The position numbers and the translations under genes were made by a program. DNA of 64,000 bases from NCBI GenBank assembly GCA_041483895.1, contig JBGPGO010000007.1, positions 128,001 through 192,000 of the forward strand, written 5' to 3'. The notes under the pieces are model-generated. The model worked only from the letters and a program-made list of their open reading frames with translations. It searched no databases and was not told the DNA's origin. Below are positions 35,897 through 45,186 of the stretch, piece by piece; the stretch's first letter is position 1, and every line of letters begins with the position of its first letter. The stretch is from Fimbriimonadia bacterium. Lineage in GTDB: Bacteria > Armatimonadota > Fimbriimonadia > Fimbriimonadales > JABRVX01.

Positions 35897-35932
35897 AGGC
35901 CTCCCGGAAAACCGGGGGGCCTTTCCGATTTT
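35897..35932 (+). terminator. Attenuator terminator hairpin
   Basis: AGGCCTCCCGG-AAAA-CCGGGGGGCCT then TTCCGATTTT; upstream CCGGGA can pair with TCCCGG. Confidence 0.78.
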
Positions 35933-35974
35933 GAGCGGCAAACGCGCCGACAGTGTCGTCGGCCTGACATCCCG

Positions 35975-36024
35975 CCTGCCCCGCCCGTCCCGAGCGAAGC
36001 CGAGGGAAGCGGAGCCGAGGGGAT
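35975..36024 (-). repeat. Nested family-B elements in the leu 5' leader
   Basis: Minus strand ATCCCCTCGGCTCCGCT[TCCCTCGGCTTCGCTCGGGACGGG]CGGGGCAGG. Confidence 0.8.
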
Positions 36025-36137
36025 ACCGGGAAACGAAAGGACGCGACATGGATAGGACTGGCGCAAGAGTGGTGATGGAGGCGACGCAATGGGCCGGCGA
36101 GCGCTGGGGCGGTCACCCATTCCGGGAGGCGCGGCGC

Positions 36138-37259
36138 ATGACCCACACGATAGCGGTTCTGCCCGGCGACGGTATCGGCCCGGAGGTGGTCGCCCAGGCC
36201 GTCTTGGCGCTCAAGGCGGTGGGCGTCCGATTTGGATTGGAGCTGCGATTTGACGAAGGGCTCGTCGGCGGGGCAGCCTTCGATGCGACGGGCCATCCTC
36301 TGCCGGACGCAACGTTGGAGCTTTGCCGCCGATCGGACGCTGTCATTCTTGGGGCGGTGGGCGGCACGAAATGGGATGGACTCGATATGGAGCTGCGACC
36401 GGAAACTGGGGCGCTGCTACCCTTGCGCAAACAACTTGGGCTGTTCGCCAACCTGCGGCCCGCGCGGCTGTACGAACCGTTGGCATCGGCTTCGCCGCTC
36501 AAGGCGGGCCATCGGTTCGATATCCTGATCGTTCGGGAGTTGACCGGCGGAATCTATTTTGGGAAAAAGGAACGGACGGCCGGCGGCGCGATCGACGTCT
36601 GTTCCTATTCGGTGGAAGAGATCGAGCGAATCGTCCACGTTGGTTTTCGGGCGGCCCGAACGCGCGGACGAAAACTGTGTTCTGTGGACAAGGCCAACGT
36701 TTTGGAAACGTCGCGTCTCTGGCGAGAGGTCGTCGTTCGCATTTCGGCCGAGTATCCGGATGTCTCGGTGACCCACATGCTGGTCGATAACTGCGCTATG
36801 CAACTGGTGCGCGATCCGAGCCAGTTCGATGTGATCGTCACGGACAATCTTTTTGGCGACATTTTGAGCGATGAGGCGGCAGCGATGACCGGCAGCTTAG
36901 GGATGCTTCCATCGGCCTCTCTCGGCGATGGAAGATTCGGCTTGTACGAACCGGTGCATGGATCGGCACCTGATATCGCCGGGAAGGACGTCGCCAATCC
37001 TATGGCCGCAATCCTTTGCACGGGGATGCTGCTGCGTCATTCTCTCGAATCTCCCGAAGCGGCGGATGCTGTCGATAAGGCTGTGATCGCGGCGTTGCAT
37101 GACGGTTGGCGAACGGCAGACATTGCCGGCGACGGTAAGTTCATCGGTACAAAGGAGATGGGTGCAAGGGTCTTGGAAAAACTGGAATCGCGCTTCCCAA
37201 TCCCTTCACAGTCGGACTGCGAAGGGATTGGGAAGTCGCACTGTAAAAGCGAGGACTGA
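36138..37259 (+). CDS. leuB: 3-isopropylmalate dehydrogenase with a repeat-derived C-terminal tail
   Basis: [35 protein letters not shown] and [12 protein letters not shown]. Confidence 0.96.
   Translation: MTHTIAVLPGDGIGPEVVAQAVLALKAVGVRFGLELRFDEGLVGGAAFDATGHPLPDATLELCRRSDAVILGAVGGTKWDGLDMELRPETGALLPLRKQLGLFANLRPARLYEPLASASPLKAGHRFDILIVRELTGGIYFGKKERTAGGAIDVCSYSVEEIERIVHVGFRAARTRGRKLCSVDKANVLETSRLWREVVVRISAEYPDVSVTHMLVDNCAMQLVRDPSQFDVIVTDNLFGDILSDEAAAMTGSLGMLPSASLGDGRFGLYEPVHGSAPDIAGKDVANPMAAILCTGMLLRHSLESPEAADAVDKAVIAALHDGWRTADIAGDGKFIGTKEMGARVLEKLESRFPIPSQSDCEGIGKSHCKSED
37193..37235. repeat. Family-C palindrome in the leuB 3' end
   Basis: CTTCCCAATCCCTTCACAGT-CGG-ACTGCGAAGGGATTGGGAAG. 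Confidence 0.8.
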
Positions 37260-37260
37260 T

Positions 37261-38799
37261 ATGGCAACACGCATTACTATTTTTGATACCACACTGCGGG
37301 ACGGGGAGCAGTCCCCTGGCGCCTCGCTCAACGTCGAGGAGAAGATCGAGATCGCGCGGCAACTCGAGCGGCTTGGCGTGGATGTCATCGAGGCCGGATT
37401 CCCGATCTCTTCGCCGGGAGATTTTCGCGCGGTGCAAGAGGTGTGCGCGGTGGTGAAAGAGGCGACGGTCTGCGGTCTGACTCGCGCCGTCGAAAAGGAT
37501 ATCGACGTCGCGGCGGAGGCTCTAAAAGGGGCGGTCCGTCCGCGAATCCATACGGGTCTCGGCGTTTCCGACAACCACCTCCGCTACAAACTGCGAATGA
37601 CCCGCGACGAGGCATTGGAGCACGGGATAAACGCGGTCCGCCATGCGCGGCGATACGTGGACGATGTGGAGTATTTCCTGGAAGATTCCGGCCGTGCGGA
37701 TACGGACTATCTGTGCCGAGTCATCGAGGCCGTCATCGATGCCGGTGCGACCGTGATTAACATTCCTGACACCACCGGATTTACGACTCCCGACGAGTTC
37801 GGCGCGCGGATCCGGACGGTGCTGGAGCGCGTCCCAAACGTGGACAAGGCCGTCATCTCCGTGCACTGTCACAACGATCTTGGCATGGCGGTGGCCAACT
37901 CGCTGGCCGGCGTCATGAACGGGGCCCGGCAGGTCGAATGCACGGTCAACGGCATCGGAGAACGCGCGGGAAACACGAGCCTGGAAGAGGTCGTGATGGC
38001 GATGAAGGTCCGGAGCGATCTGTTTGCGATGGAGACCGGCATCGTGACGCAAGAGATCTATAAGACGAGTCGCCTGGTCTCGAATCTCACGGGCATTCTG
38101 GTCCAGCCGAACAAGGCAATTGTTGGTTCGAACGCATTTGCCCATTCTTCCGGGATTCATCAGGACGGAGTCTTGAAAGAGCGCACGACGTATGAGATCA
38201 TCGACCCGCGGGATGTGGGCATTCCTGAGAGCAAGATTCTCTTGACAGCGAGATCGGGACGGCATGCATTGCGCAGCCGCCTTGCCGACCTGGGCCACCA
38301 ACTGGGCGAAGCGGAGGTGGACAAAGTTTATCAGCGCTTCCTCGAAGTTGCCGACAAAAAGAAGATGATTTTCGACGAGGACTTGGAAGCGATCGTCGCG
38401 GATGAGACTTCCAGTGTGCGAGTCACGTACGAGTTGGCTCATGTACAGGTCTCATGCGGCAGCGACAGCATTCCGACGGCAACCGTCGAGCTTCTCGGGC
38501 CCGATGGCGATCGATTCGTCGATTCCGATCATGGCGCCGGACCGGTTGACGCCATCTACCGATCGATCAACCGGATCATCGGCGTGGAGAATGAACTGAT
38601 CGAGTTCTCCATCCAAGCCGTAACCGAAGGAATTGATGCCTTGGCCGAGGTCACGATTCGGATACGCCGCGGCAACGACATATACACCGGCCGCGCCTCT
38701 CATTCTGACATCTGCGTCGCGAGCGCGAGGGCGTATATGCAGGCCCTCAATAAGCTGCTTGATCGCGTGGGCGCACCGGCTTTGGAGCCCGCCGTATGA
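37261..38799 (+). CDS. leuA: 2-isopropylmalate synthase
   Basis: [26 protein letters not shown] and HSSGIHQDG. Confidence 0.96.
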   Translation: MATRITIFDTTLRDGEQSPGASLNVEEKIEIARQLERLGVDVIEAGFPISSPGDFRAVQEVCAVVKEATVCGLTRAVEKDIDVAAEALKGAVRPRIHTGLGVSDNHLRYKLRMTRDEALEHGINAVRHARRYVDDVEYFLEDSGRADTDYLCRVIEAVIDAGATVINIPDTTGFTTPDEFGARIRTVLERVPNVDKAVISVHCHNDLGMAVANSLAGVMNGARQVECTVNGIGERAGNTSLEEVVMAMKVRSDLFAMETGIVTQEIYKTSRLVSNLTGILVQPNKAIVGSNAFAHSSGIHQDGVLKERTTYEIIDPRDVGIPESKILLTARSGRHALRSRLADLGHQLGEAEVDKVYQRFLEVADKKKMIFDEDLEAIVADETSSVRVTYELAHVQVSCGSDSIPTATVELLGPDGDRFVDSDHGAGPVDAIYRSINRIIGVENELIEFSIQAVTEGIDALAEVTIRIRRGNDIYTGRASHSDICVASARAYMQALNKLLDRVGAPALEPAV

Positions 38800-40226
38800 A
38801 ACCGAAAACGATGTTCGACAAGATATGGGATTCGCACGCGATCCCGGCCGAAGGGCGTGGGCATCCGCTGCTGTACATCGACCGTCATCTGGTTCACGAG
38901 GTCACGTCGCCGCAAGCGTTCGATGGGCTGCGACTCCATGGGCGAAAGGTCCGTAGGCCGGACCTGACCGTCGCCACGATGGACCACAACGTCCCGACGA
39001 CGGACCGCCGACTACCAATAGCGGATCCGATTGGACGCAAGCAGCTTGAGGCGCTCGCCGCCAACTGCGCGGAGCATGGCATTGCGCTGTTCGATCTGCA
39101 CAGCCCGCGACAGGGCATCGTGCATGTGATCGGTCCCGAGCTCGGACTGACGCTTCCCGGCATGACGATTGTGTGCGGCGACAGTCACACGTCGAATCAT
39201 GGCGCATTTGGCGCGCTGTCTTTTGGCATCGGCACGTCGGAGGTCGAACATGTGCTCGCGACCCAATGTCTTCCCCAATCGAAACCGAAGACGATGGAGA
39301 TTTGTGTCGATGGATCGCTGCCGCGTGGAGTGACGGCAAAGGATCTGATTCTCGGAATCATCGGCCAAATCGGCACGGACGGAGCGGCGGGTCATGTGAT
39401 CGAATACACGGGTTCGGCGATTCGAGACCTTTCCATGGAAGGGCGGATGACCGTATGCAACATGTCGATCGAGGCCGGAGCGCGGGCGGGGATGATAGCG
39501 CCGGACGAGGTTACGTTCGACTACATCGAGGGCCGTCCCCGAGCACCGAAAGGGCAGCATTGGAAGGAAGCGCTCGAATCTTGGCGCGGACTGCCGTCTG
39601 ATCCAGGCTCGACGTTCGATCGAACGGTGGAAATCGATGCGGCGGATCTCGCGCCGTACGTCACATGGGGGACGAACCCGAGCCAGGTCGAGCCGGTAGA
39701 CGGATGCGTGCCGTTTCCCGACAGCTTTGCGACCCCACAGTCCCGGGAAGAGGCGCGGCGGGCGCTGGAATATATGGACCTGGTTCCCGGCACGCCCATG
39801 CAAGATATCCCCCTCGATCGCGTCTTCATCGGCTCGTGTACCAACGGCCGGATCGAGGACCTACGGGCGGCCGCAGGTGTCGTGGCGGGGCTACGCGTCG
39901 CCGAAGGGGTTGTGGCGCTCGTCGTTCCCGGATCGCAAGACGTCAAACGGCAGGCGGAATCGGAAGGCCTCGATCGGGTGTTCATGGATGCGGGATTCCA
40001 ATGGCGCGACGCCGGCTGCTCCATGTGTCTCGGCATGAACCCAGATACTCTTTCACCAGGACAACGGTGCGCTTCGACTTCAAATCGGAACTTCGAGGGT
40101 AGGCAAGGCAGGGGCGGACGCACGCATTTGGTGAGTCCGGCAATGGCGGCGGCGGCGGCGATTTCGGGCCGATTTGTTGACATTCGAAAATTTGATTTAG
40201 GGAGGCTACAGTATGCAGTCGTTTGA
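38796..40226 (+). CDS. leuC: 3-isopropylmalate dehydratase large subunit
   Basis: [30 protein letters not shown] and [12 protein letters not shown]. Confidence 0.97.
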   Translation: MKPKTMFDKIWDSHAIPAEGRGHPLLYIDRHLVHEVTSPQAFDGLRLHGRKVRRPDLTVATMDHNVPTTDRRLPIADPIGRKQLEALAANCAEHGIALFDLHSPRQGIVHVIGPELGLTLPGMTIVCGDSHTSNHGAFGALSFGIGTSEVEHVLATQCLPQSKPKTMEICVDGSLPRGVTAKDLILGIIGQIGTDGAAGHVIEYTGSAIRDLSMEGRMTVCNMSIEAGARAGMIAPDEVTFDYIEGRPRAPKGQHWKEALESWRGLPSDPGSTFDRTVEIDAADLAPYVTWGTNPSQVEPVDGCVPFPDSFATPQSREEARRALEYMDLVPGTPMQDIPLDRVFIGSCTNGRIEDLRAAAGVVAGLRVAEGVVALVVPGSQDVKRQAESEGLDRVFMDAGFQWRDAGCSMCLGMNPDTLSPGQRCASTSNRNFEGRQGRGGRTHLVSPAMAAAAAISGRFVDIRKFDLGRLQYAVV

Positions 40227-40857
40227 CAAAATAACCGGTGTGGTTGCGCCGCTGAATCGGCCAAACATCGACACCGATCAGATCGTGCCGAAGCAGTTCT
40301 TGAAGCGGGTGGAACGCACCGGCTTCGGACGCTTTCTCTTTCACGATTGGCGCTATCATCCCGACGGTTCTCCGCAGTCGGAGTTCGTGCTGAATCAGCG
40401 GGAGTATGAGGGCGCCGCCATCCTTGCGGCTGGCAAGAATTTCGGCACCGGCTCATCGCGGGAGCACGCGGCTTGGGCGCTCATGGATTACGGCTTTCGC
40501 GCCATCCTCGCGCCGTCGTTCGCGGATATCTTCTATAACAACTGCCTGCAGAACGGCATTCTGCCCGTCGTTTTGGACGAGGAAGCGATAGAGCGGATTC
40601 ACCATAACGCACAATCCGTTTCCGGTTATCGTCTAACGGTGGACCTCAACGAGCAGCGCGTGAGCGACAACAATGGGTTTGCCGCCGAATTTGAGATAAA
40701 TCCGTTTCATCGCCATTGCCTGCTGAACGGCCTTGATGAAATCGCTTTGACGCTGGAATATGAGGACGCGATAGCCGCCTTCGAGCGTGGCCGCGCCGAG
40801 TGGTTGAACTCATCGGAGCCGGACGTGCGGGAGCAGCTCCACGAGGTCTACAACTAG
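40213..40857 (+). CDS. leuD: 3-isopropylmalate dehydratase small subunit
   Basis: NIDTDQI and [11 protein letters not shown]. Confidence 0.96.
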   Translation: MQSFDKITGVVAPLNRPNIDTDQIVPKQFLKRVERTGFGRFLFHDWRYHPDGSPQSEFVLNQREYEGAAILAAGKNFGTGSSREHAAWALMDYGFRAILAPSFADIFYNNCLQNGILPVVLDEEAIERIHHNAQSVSGYRLTVDLNEQRVSDNNGFAAEFEINPFHRHCLLNGLDEIALTLEYEDAIAAFERGRAEWLNSSEPDVREQLHEVYN

Positions 40858-40955
40858 CGGAAGCCGTTACCCCAGTTTAGGAAGCTCTGACTCTCGGGTT
40901 TTGGCGCTCAGAACCCAAAAATCCTACTAGGCAATGCCCCTTGGAGGAGTACCCG

Positions 40956-41726
40956 ATGAGCACCCAGACGCTGCCGATCCGTCGATTGTCATCCCTATCA
41001 CTGTTTTTCCCTGCCTATAATGAGGTCGAAAACCTAGAGCCGCTGGTCTCCGAAGCCGACAGTACCTTGCGCCGGGTGGCGGAAAAGTACGAAATCATCA
41101 TCGTGGATGACGGCTCCACGGACGGCACCGGGGAGCTGGCCGACGAGCTGGCCGAGGAGTACACGAACGTCCGGGTGATCCACAACCGACCCAATCGCGG
41201 CTATGGCGGCGCGCTCCAGGCCGGTTTTGAGGCGGCCAACAACGACTGGATCTTTTTCACAGACGGCGACCGGCAGTTCCACCTGGACGAGCTCGCCAAC
41301 CTGGTCGCCGTGAGCCAGGGCGTGGATATGGTGCTCGGCTACCGGATGAAGCGGAGCGACCCGCCGCATCGGCTGCTCAACGCCCTTATGTATAAGACGA
41401 TGATCCGGATCTTGTTTGGCCTAAAGTTGAGAGATATTGACTGCGCATACAAGCTGATCCATCGAAGAGTGTACGACGCCATGGAATTGCGGAGTGAGGG
41501 CGCACTGATCTCGGCCGAGCTGCTGATCAAGGCGAATAAGATGGGCTACACCTTCACCCAGGTCGGCGTGCATCACTATCCCCGCATCGCCGGAAAGCAG
41601 TCGGGCGCCAATCTGTCAGTGATACTCCGAATGTTCCGTGAGCTGTTCCGGATGCGCAAGAACCTGGCCACCTACACCGGAAAGGCCGTGGTTTCTGTGG
41701 AGACGGATCGAGAGAGGGTGGCTTAG
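40956..41726 (+). CDS. GT2 glycosyltransferase (DPM-synthase-like)
   Basis: PAYNE, VDDGSTD, NRGYGGAL and TDGD. Confidence 0.9.
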   Translation: MSTQTLPIRRLSSLSLFFPAYNEVENLEPLVSEADSTLRRVAEKYEIIIVDDGSTDGTGELADELAEEYTNVRVIHNRPNRGYGGALQAGFEAANNDWIFFTDGDRQFHLDELANLVAVSQGVDMVLGYRMKRSDPPHRLLNALMYKTMIRILFGLKLRDIDCAYKLIHRRVYDAMELRSEGALISAELLIKANKMGYTFTQVGVHHYPRIAGKQSGANLSVILRMFRELFRMRKNLATYTGKAVVSVETDRERVA

Positions 41727-43069
41727 TGCAACACGTTATCGTTGTCGGCGGAGGCTTTTCGGGTCTCGGTACCGCTTATGAGCTCTTGAAGCGCGGCGTT
41801 CCTGTGTCGATCTATGAGGCGACGGACAGCCTGGGCGGGTTGGCGGGATCCTTCCCCGTCGGCGGTACGAGGCTGGAGAAGTTCTATCATCACTGGTTCA
41901 ACAACGACACCACGGCCCTGCAATTGGTACACGAATTGGGGCTGGAAGATAATCTGATTCGGAAGAACAGCAACACCGGGACGTACTACGCGAACAGCAT
42001 ACATCGGCTTTCCGGTCCCAAGGACCTGCTGAAGTTTAAGCCGCTGCCTCTCATCGATCGCGTGCGATTGGGCAAGTTGGCATTGATGGCGCGCCGGGTT
42101 AACGACTGGCATGCGCTGGAGAAGATCACGGCGGAAGAATGGCTGATCCAGATGGCGGGGCGCAATGTGTACGACGTCATGTGGAAGCCGCTGCTGGTCG
42201 GCAAGTTTGGGGACTACTCCAACCAGGTGGCTGCGGTTTGGATATGGAACAAGCTGCGGCTTCGGGGAGGGTCGCGCGGCAAAGGGCAAAAAGAGGAGTT
42301 GTACTATCTTCGCGGGGGATTCCAACGCCTGACCAATGCGCTGGCGGAGAAGATTGTGGAGATGGGCGGGGAGATTCATCTCCAATCACCCGTCGCCAAA
42401 GTGCGGACCGCCATGGATCAGGTGCGCGGGATCGAGCTGACGGATGGCAAGCGGGTGGATAGTGATACGCTTGTAATTACGTTGGCGCCGGAATTGGCCC
42501 ATGCGCTGCTGCAAGACCCGCCGACCAAGTTGGCGATGTCACTCAAATCGATTCCGTATCTGGCTGCGCAATGCGTGATTCTGGAGATGGATCGCAGTCT
42601 CAGTTCCACCTACTGGCTTAATGTCAATGATATGGAAGCGCCATTTGTCGGCGTCATCGAGCACACGAACTTTGAGGAGTCGAGCGAGTACGAGGGACGT
42701 CATATCGCCTATCTCGGAAAGTACCTTCCCCGGACCGCCCGGCACTATACGATGGGCGAGGGGCCGGTGGTAAACGAGTATCTGGAGTATCTGCCGCGCA
42801 TGTTCCCTGAGTTCGACCAAAGTTGGGTGCAGGATTGGCATGTGTGGCGGGCGGACTACGCGCAGCCGGTGGTGCTGCCGTTCTACCGCGACCTTGTGCC
42901 CCCCATGCGGACGGAAATCAATGGACTGTGGCTGTGCAACATGGCCCAGGTCTATCCGGAGGATCGAGGCACCAACTACGCGCTCCAGTACGGCTATCGG
43001 TGCGCGCGTGAGATGGTGGAAGTCGCGCGGAAAACCGTATCCCATGACGTTCCGAACGTCAAGGGATAG
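41726..43069 (+). CDS. FAD-dependent oxidoreductase (amine oxidase / HemY-like fold)
   Basis: VVGGGFSGL, LEKFYHHWF and YPEDRG. Confidence 0.85.
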   Translation: MQHVIVVGGGFSGLGTAYELLKRGVPVSIYEATDSLGGLAGSFPVGGTRLEKFYHHWFNNDTTALQLVHELGLEDNLIRKNSNTGTYYANSIHRLSGPKDLLKFKPLPLIDRVRLGKLALMARRVNDWHALEKITAEEWLIQMAGRNVYDVMWKPLLVGKFGDYSNQVAAVWIWNKLRLRGGSRGKGQKEELYYLRGGFQRLTNALAEKIVEMGGEIHLQSPVAKVRTAMDQVRGIELTDGKRVDSDTLVITLAPELAHALLQDPPTKLAMSLKSIPYLAAQCVILEMDRSLSSTYWLNVNDMEAPFVGVIEHTNFEESSEYEGRHIAYLGKYLPRTARHYTMGEGPVVNEYLEYLPRMFPEFDQSWVQDWHVWRADYAQPVVLPFYRDLVPPMRTEINGLWLCNMAQVYPEDRGTNYALQYGYRCAREMVEVARKTVSHDVPNVKG

Positions 43070-43074
43070 TTCCC

Positions 43075-43566
43075 ATGGCTTTCGATCCGGGTCTTGCCGT
43101 TGGGGAGCCTGCGCCTGTGTTTGGGTTGCCGGATCATGGTGGCGCTGTTCGCCAATTGGCTGACCTGTGTGGTCGTCATGGATTGGTGGTCGTGTTTATT
43201 CGCTCCGCTGCCTGGTGTCCGTTTTGCAAAATGCAGTTAGCGCAGTTGGTTGCGGACTCCGATCGGATTGCGTTGGCCGGTTTGGGAATCGCGGCCGTTT
43301 CAAAGGATTCCGTGGACGTATTTCGGACTTTTGCCAACGCCGTTTGCGCGCCGTTTCCTCTGCTCTCCGATTCAGAAGGCCGGTTTATCCGTGAGGCCGG
43401 ATTGCGCAACGAACAGATATCGATCGAACGGAGCATCTACGGCATTCCGTATACCGGTCTTTGGGTTCTCGACTCCTCCGGTATCATCCGCGAGAAGGAG
43501 TTTCAGGAGGACTATCGTTACCGGCCCCGGATTTTGGAATCTCTCCAGAAAATGGGAAAAATCTAG
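43075..43566 (+). CDS. AhpC/TSA peroxiredoxin-like protein
   Basis: GEPAPVFGL, RSAAWCPFC and FPLLSD. Confidence 0.8.
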   Translation: MAFDPGLAVGEPAPVFGLPDHGGAVRQLADLCGRHGLVVVFIRSAAWCPFCKMQLAQLVADSDRIALAGLGIAAVSKDSVDVFRTFANAVCAPFPLLSDSEGRFIREAGLRNEQISIERSIYGIPYTGLWVLDSSGIIREKEFQEDYRYRPRILESLQKMGKI

Positions 43567-45147
43567 CTATTGCTTTGCTCGCTGCTTCGTCAATGTTGAG
43601 ATCAAATCGATCGCCGGAATGTGAATCCCAAATCGAAATTCCCCCGGGTTCTGCCGCCAGACAAAGAACGGTTCGATGCAGTGGAACAGAGATTTGAACG
43701 ATATCTCGACGTCGAACAGGTCCTTGCGATCCGGATCGTATTTGGTCAGCAGAGATACGTGGCTGCCGCCGACCGCGACGTCCAATCGCGAATGCACGGT
43801 CCTGCGGCGCGCCGGCTCGTCAAAACGCAGCACCGGCGCACCCGTTATATATGTTTTGGCCAGCCCAAATGCAAATCGGAGCCGGTCGGAACGCTCCAAC
43901 ACGATTTCGCCGATCGGCCGCACCCACTCCAAATGTTGGCTATTATCATAACGGAACAATGCGCCATCACCGCGCAGACGGAATGACAGCCAGGGAGTAA
44001 ATTGCCACGATCCAATCGTTGCTGTGCCTTGCAGCGCCAGTCGATCAGACGCCCGATCCGACGGCTGCTCGCTCACCCGGCCCAACCGGACCGTTCCGGT
44101 GCCGAAGACCGATCCGATGCGGCCGTTCGCTTGGACACCGAACTCCCAATCCTTGCTAACGAACAGATCCTCTTCGATGCGTGCGAATACAGGCAGATTG
44201 GAAGAGTTTTCGAAGAAAACTGACGCGCGAGCGGACTTCAACCGACGATCCTCTTCCTCGGGCGTCGGCACGTTTACATTATCGAGGTATGAATTGGTAA
44301 AGCGCTCCCCCTCTTCCGTATCCGGAAGGAACAGTGAGTCAGGTCGGTTCGGGGAAAGAAAGGAGTGAGCAAGAAGCTCACGGCGTTCCAGTGGCGCCAG
44401 TGTGAATGCGCCGATTTGCGCCAGCAGCTCGGTCTGCGGCGCCGGAGTAAACATGCTTCCCCAAGCGATGGAAACCCCTTGGTGCCGATTGAAACCGACC
44501 GCCGGAACGGAAAACTGATTCTCTACCTGGCGGAGAGAGAATCCAAACCAGGGAACGGTAACAATATTCTCATTGAAGAATCGAACCCTCGCGTCATAGA
44601 TTCGGCCTTGCTCCCCAGGACGAATTCGCAGCTTTTTGAACCCGATGGAATAGTCCGGACGGATCAGGTTGCACGTGGTCGCTTCGCCGTCAAATGCCTG
44701 CCACTCCCCTTGATTGAGCTCCACACGCTTAGCGATAAATCGCGCTCCTTGAGCGACGATAACGGCGTTTTCCGCGAACCCGTTGTGGTTGCCAAAGTCA
44801 TACCAAAGATTTGTGGCGGTCATCGTGCCGATCGGATCGGTGACAAACACGCGGCCGCTCGCATGGATCACGGTCGTATCGTCCTGCCAGGTCATCTCGT
44901 CCGCGGAGAACGTGTCGATCCCATACGTGGCAACGGCCTGTGACGCGACGTACCGATATCTCTTTTGCCGAACAATTGTAACGGACGAGGGGATTCCCCA
45001 ATGCGACAGGGGGCCGAGTTTGACGGTCTGCGACGGGATCTCGGTCACCGTTATTTTGGCGTATCCAAGGTCGATCGGTTCTTGAGCGGAGCAATGCCCG
45101 GCGATGCCCGCACAGATCACCCAGGTCCAAAGATACCGGCATCGCAT
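43567..45147 (-). CDS. LptD/OstA-like outer-membrane protein
   Basis: Signal peptide, beta-jellyroll-like N-part with ATTC..PDY, beta-strand-rich C-part. Confidence 0.55.
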   Translation of the reverse strand: MRCRYLWTWVICAGIAGHCSAQEPIDLGYAKITVTEIPSQTVKLGPLSHWGIPSSVTIVRQKRYRYVASQAVATYGIDTFSADEMTWQDDTTVIHASGRVFVTDPIGTMTATNLWYDFGNHNGFAENAVIVAQGARFIAKRVELNQGEWQAFDGEATTCNLIRPDYSIGFKKLRIRPGEQGRIYDARVRFFNENIVTVPWFGFSLRQVENQFSVPAVGFNRHQGVSIAWGSMFTPAPQTELLAQIGAFTLAPLERRELLAHSFLSPNRPDSLFLPDTEEGERFTNSYLDNVNVPTPEEEDRRLKSARASVFFENSSNLPVFARIEEDLFVSKDWEFGVQANGRIGSVFGTGTVRLGRVSEQPSDRASDRLALQGTATIGSWQFTPWLSFRLRGDGALFRYDNSQHLEWVRPIGEIVLERSDRLRFAFGLAKTYITGAPVLRFDEPARRRTVHSRLDVAVGGSHVSLLTKYDPDRKDLFDVEISFKSLFHCIEPFFVWRQNPGEFRFGIHIPAIDLISTLTKQRAKQ

Positions 45148-45186
45148 GCATCCTCGGTTCGAGGAACAGCTACGGGCTCCTGCCGT

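Noticed and set aside
35931..36047. Long N-terminal extension of LeuB from the ORF-track TTG start
   Set aside because: It spans the terminator tail and repeat elements. RBS-supported starts are at 36048 and 36138.
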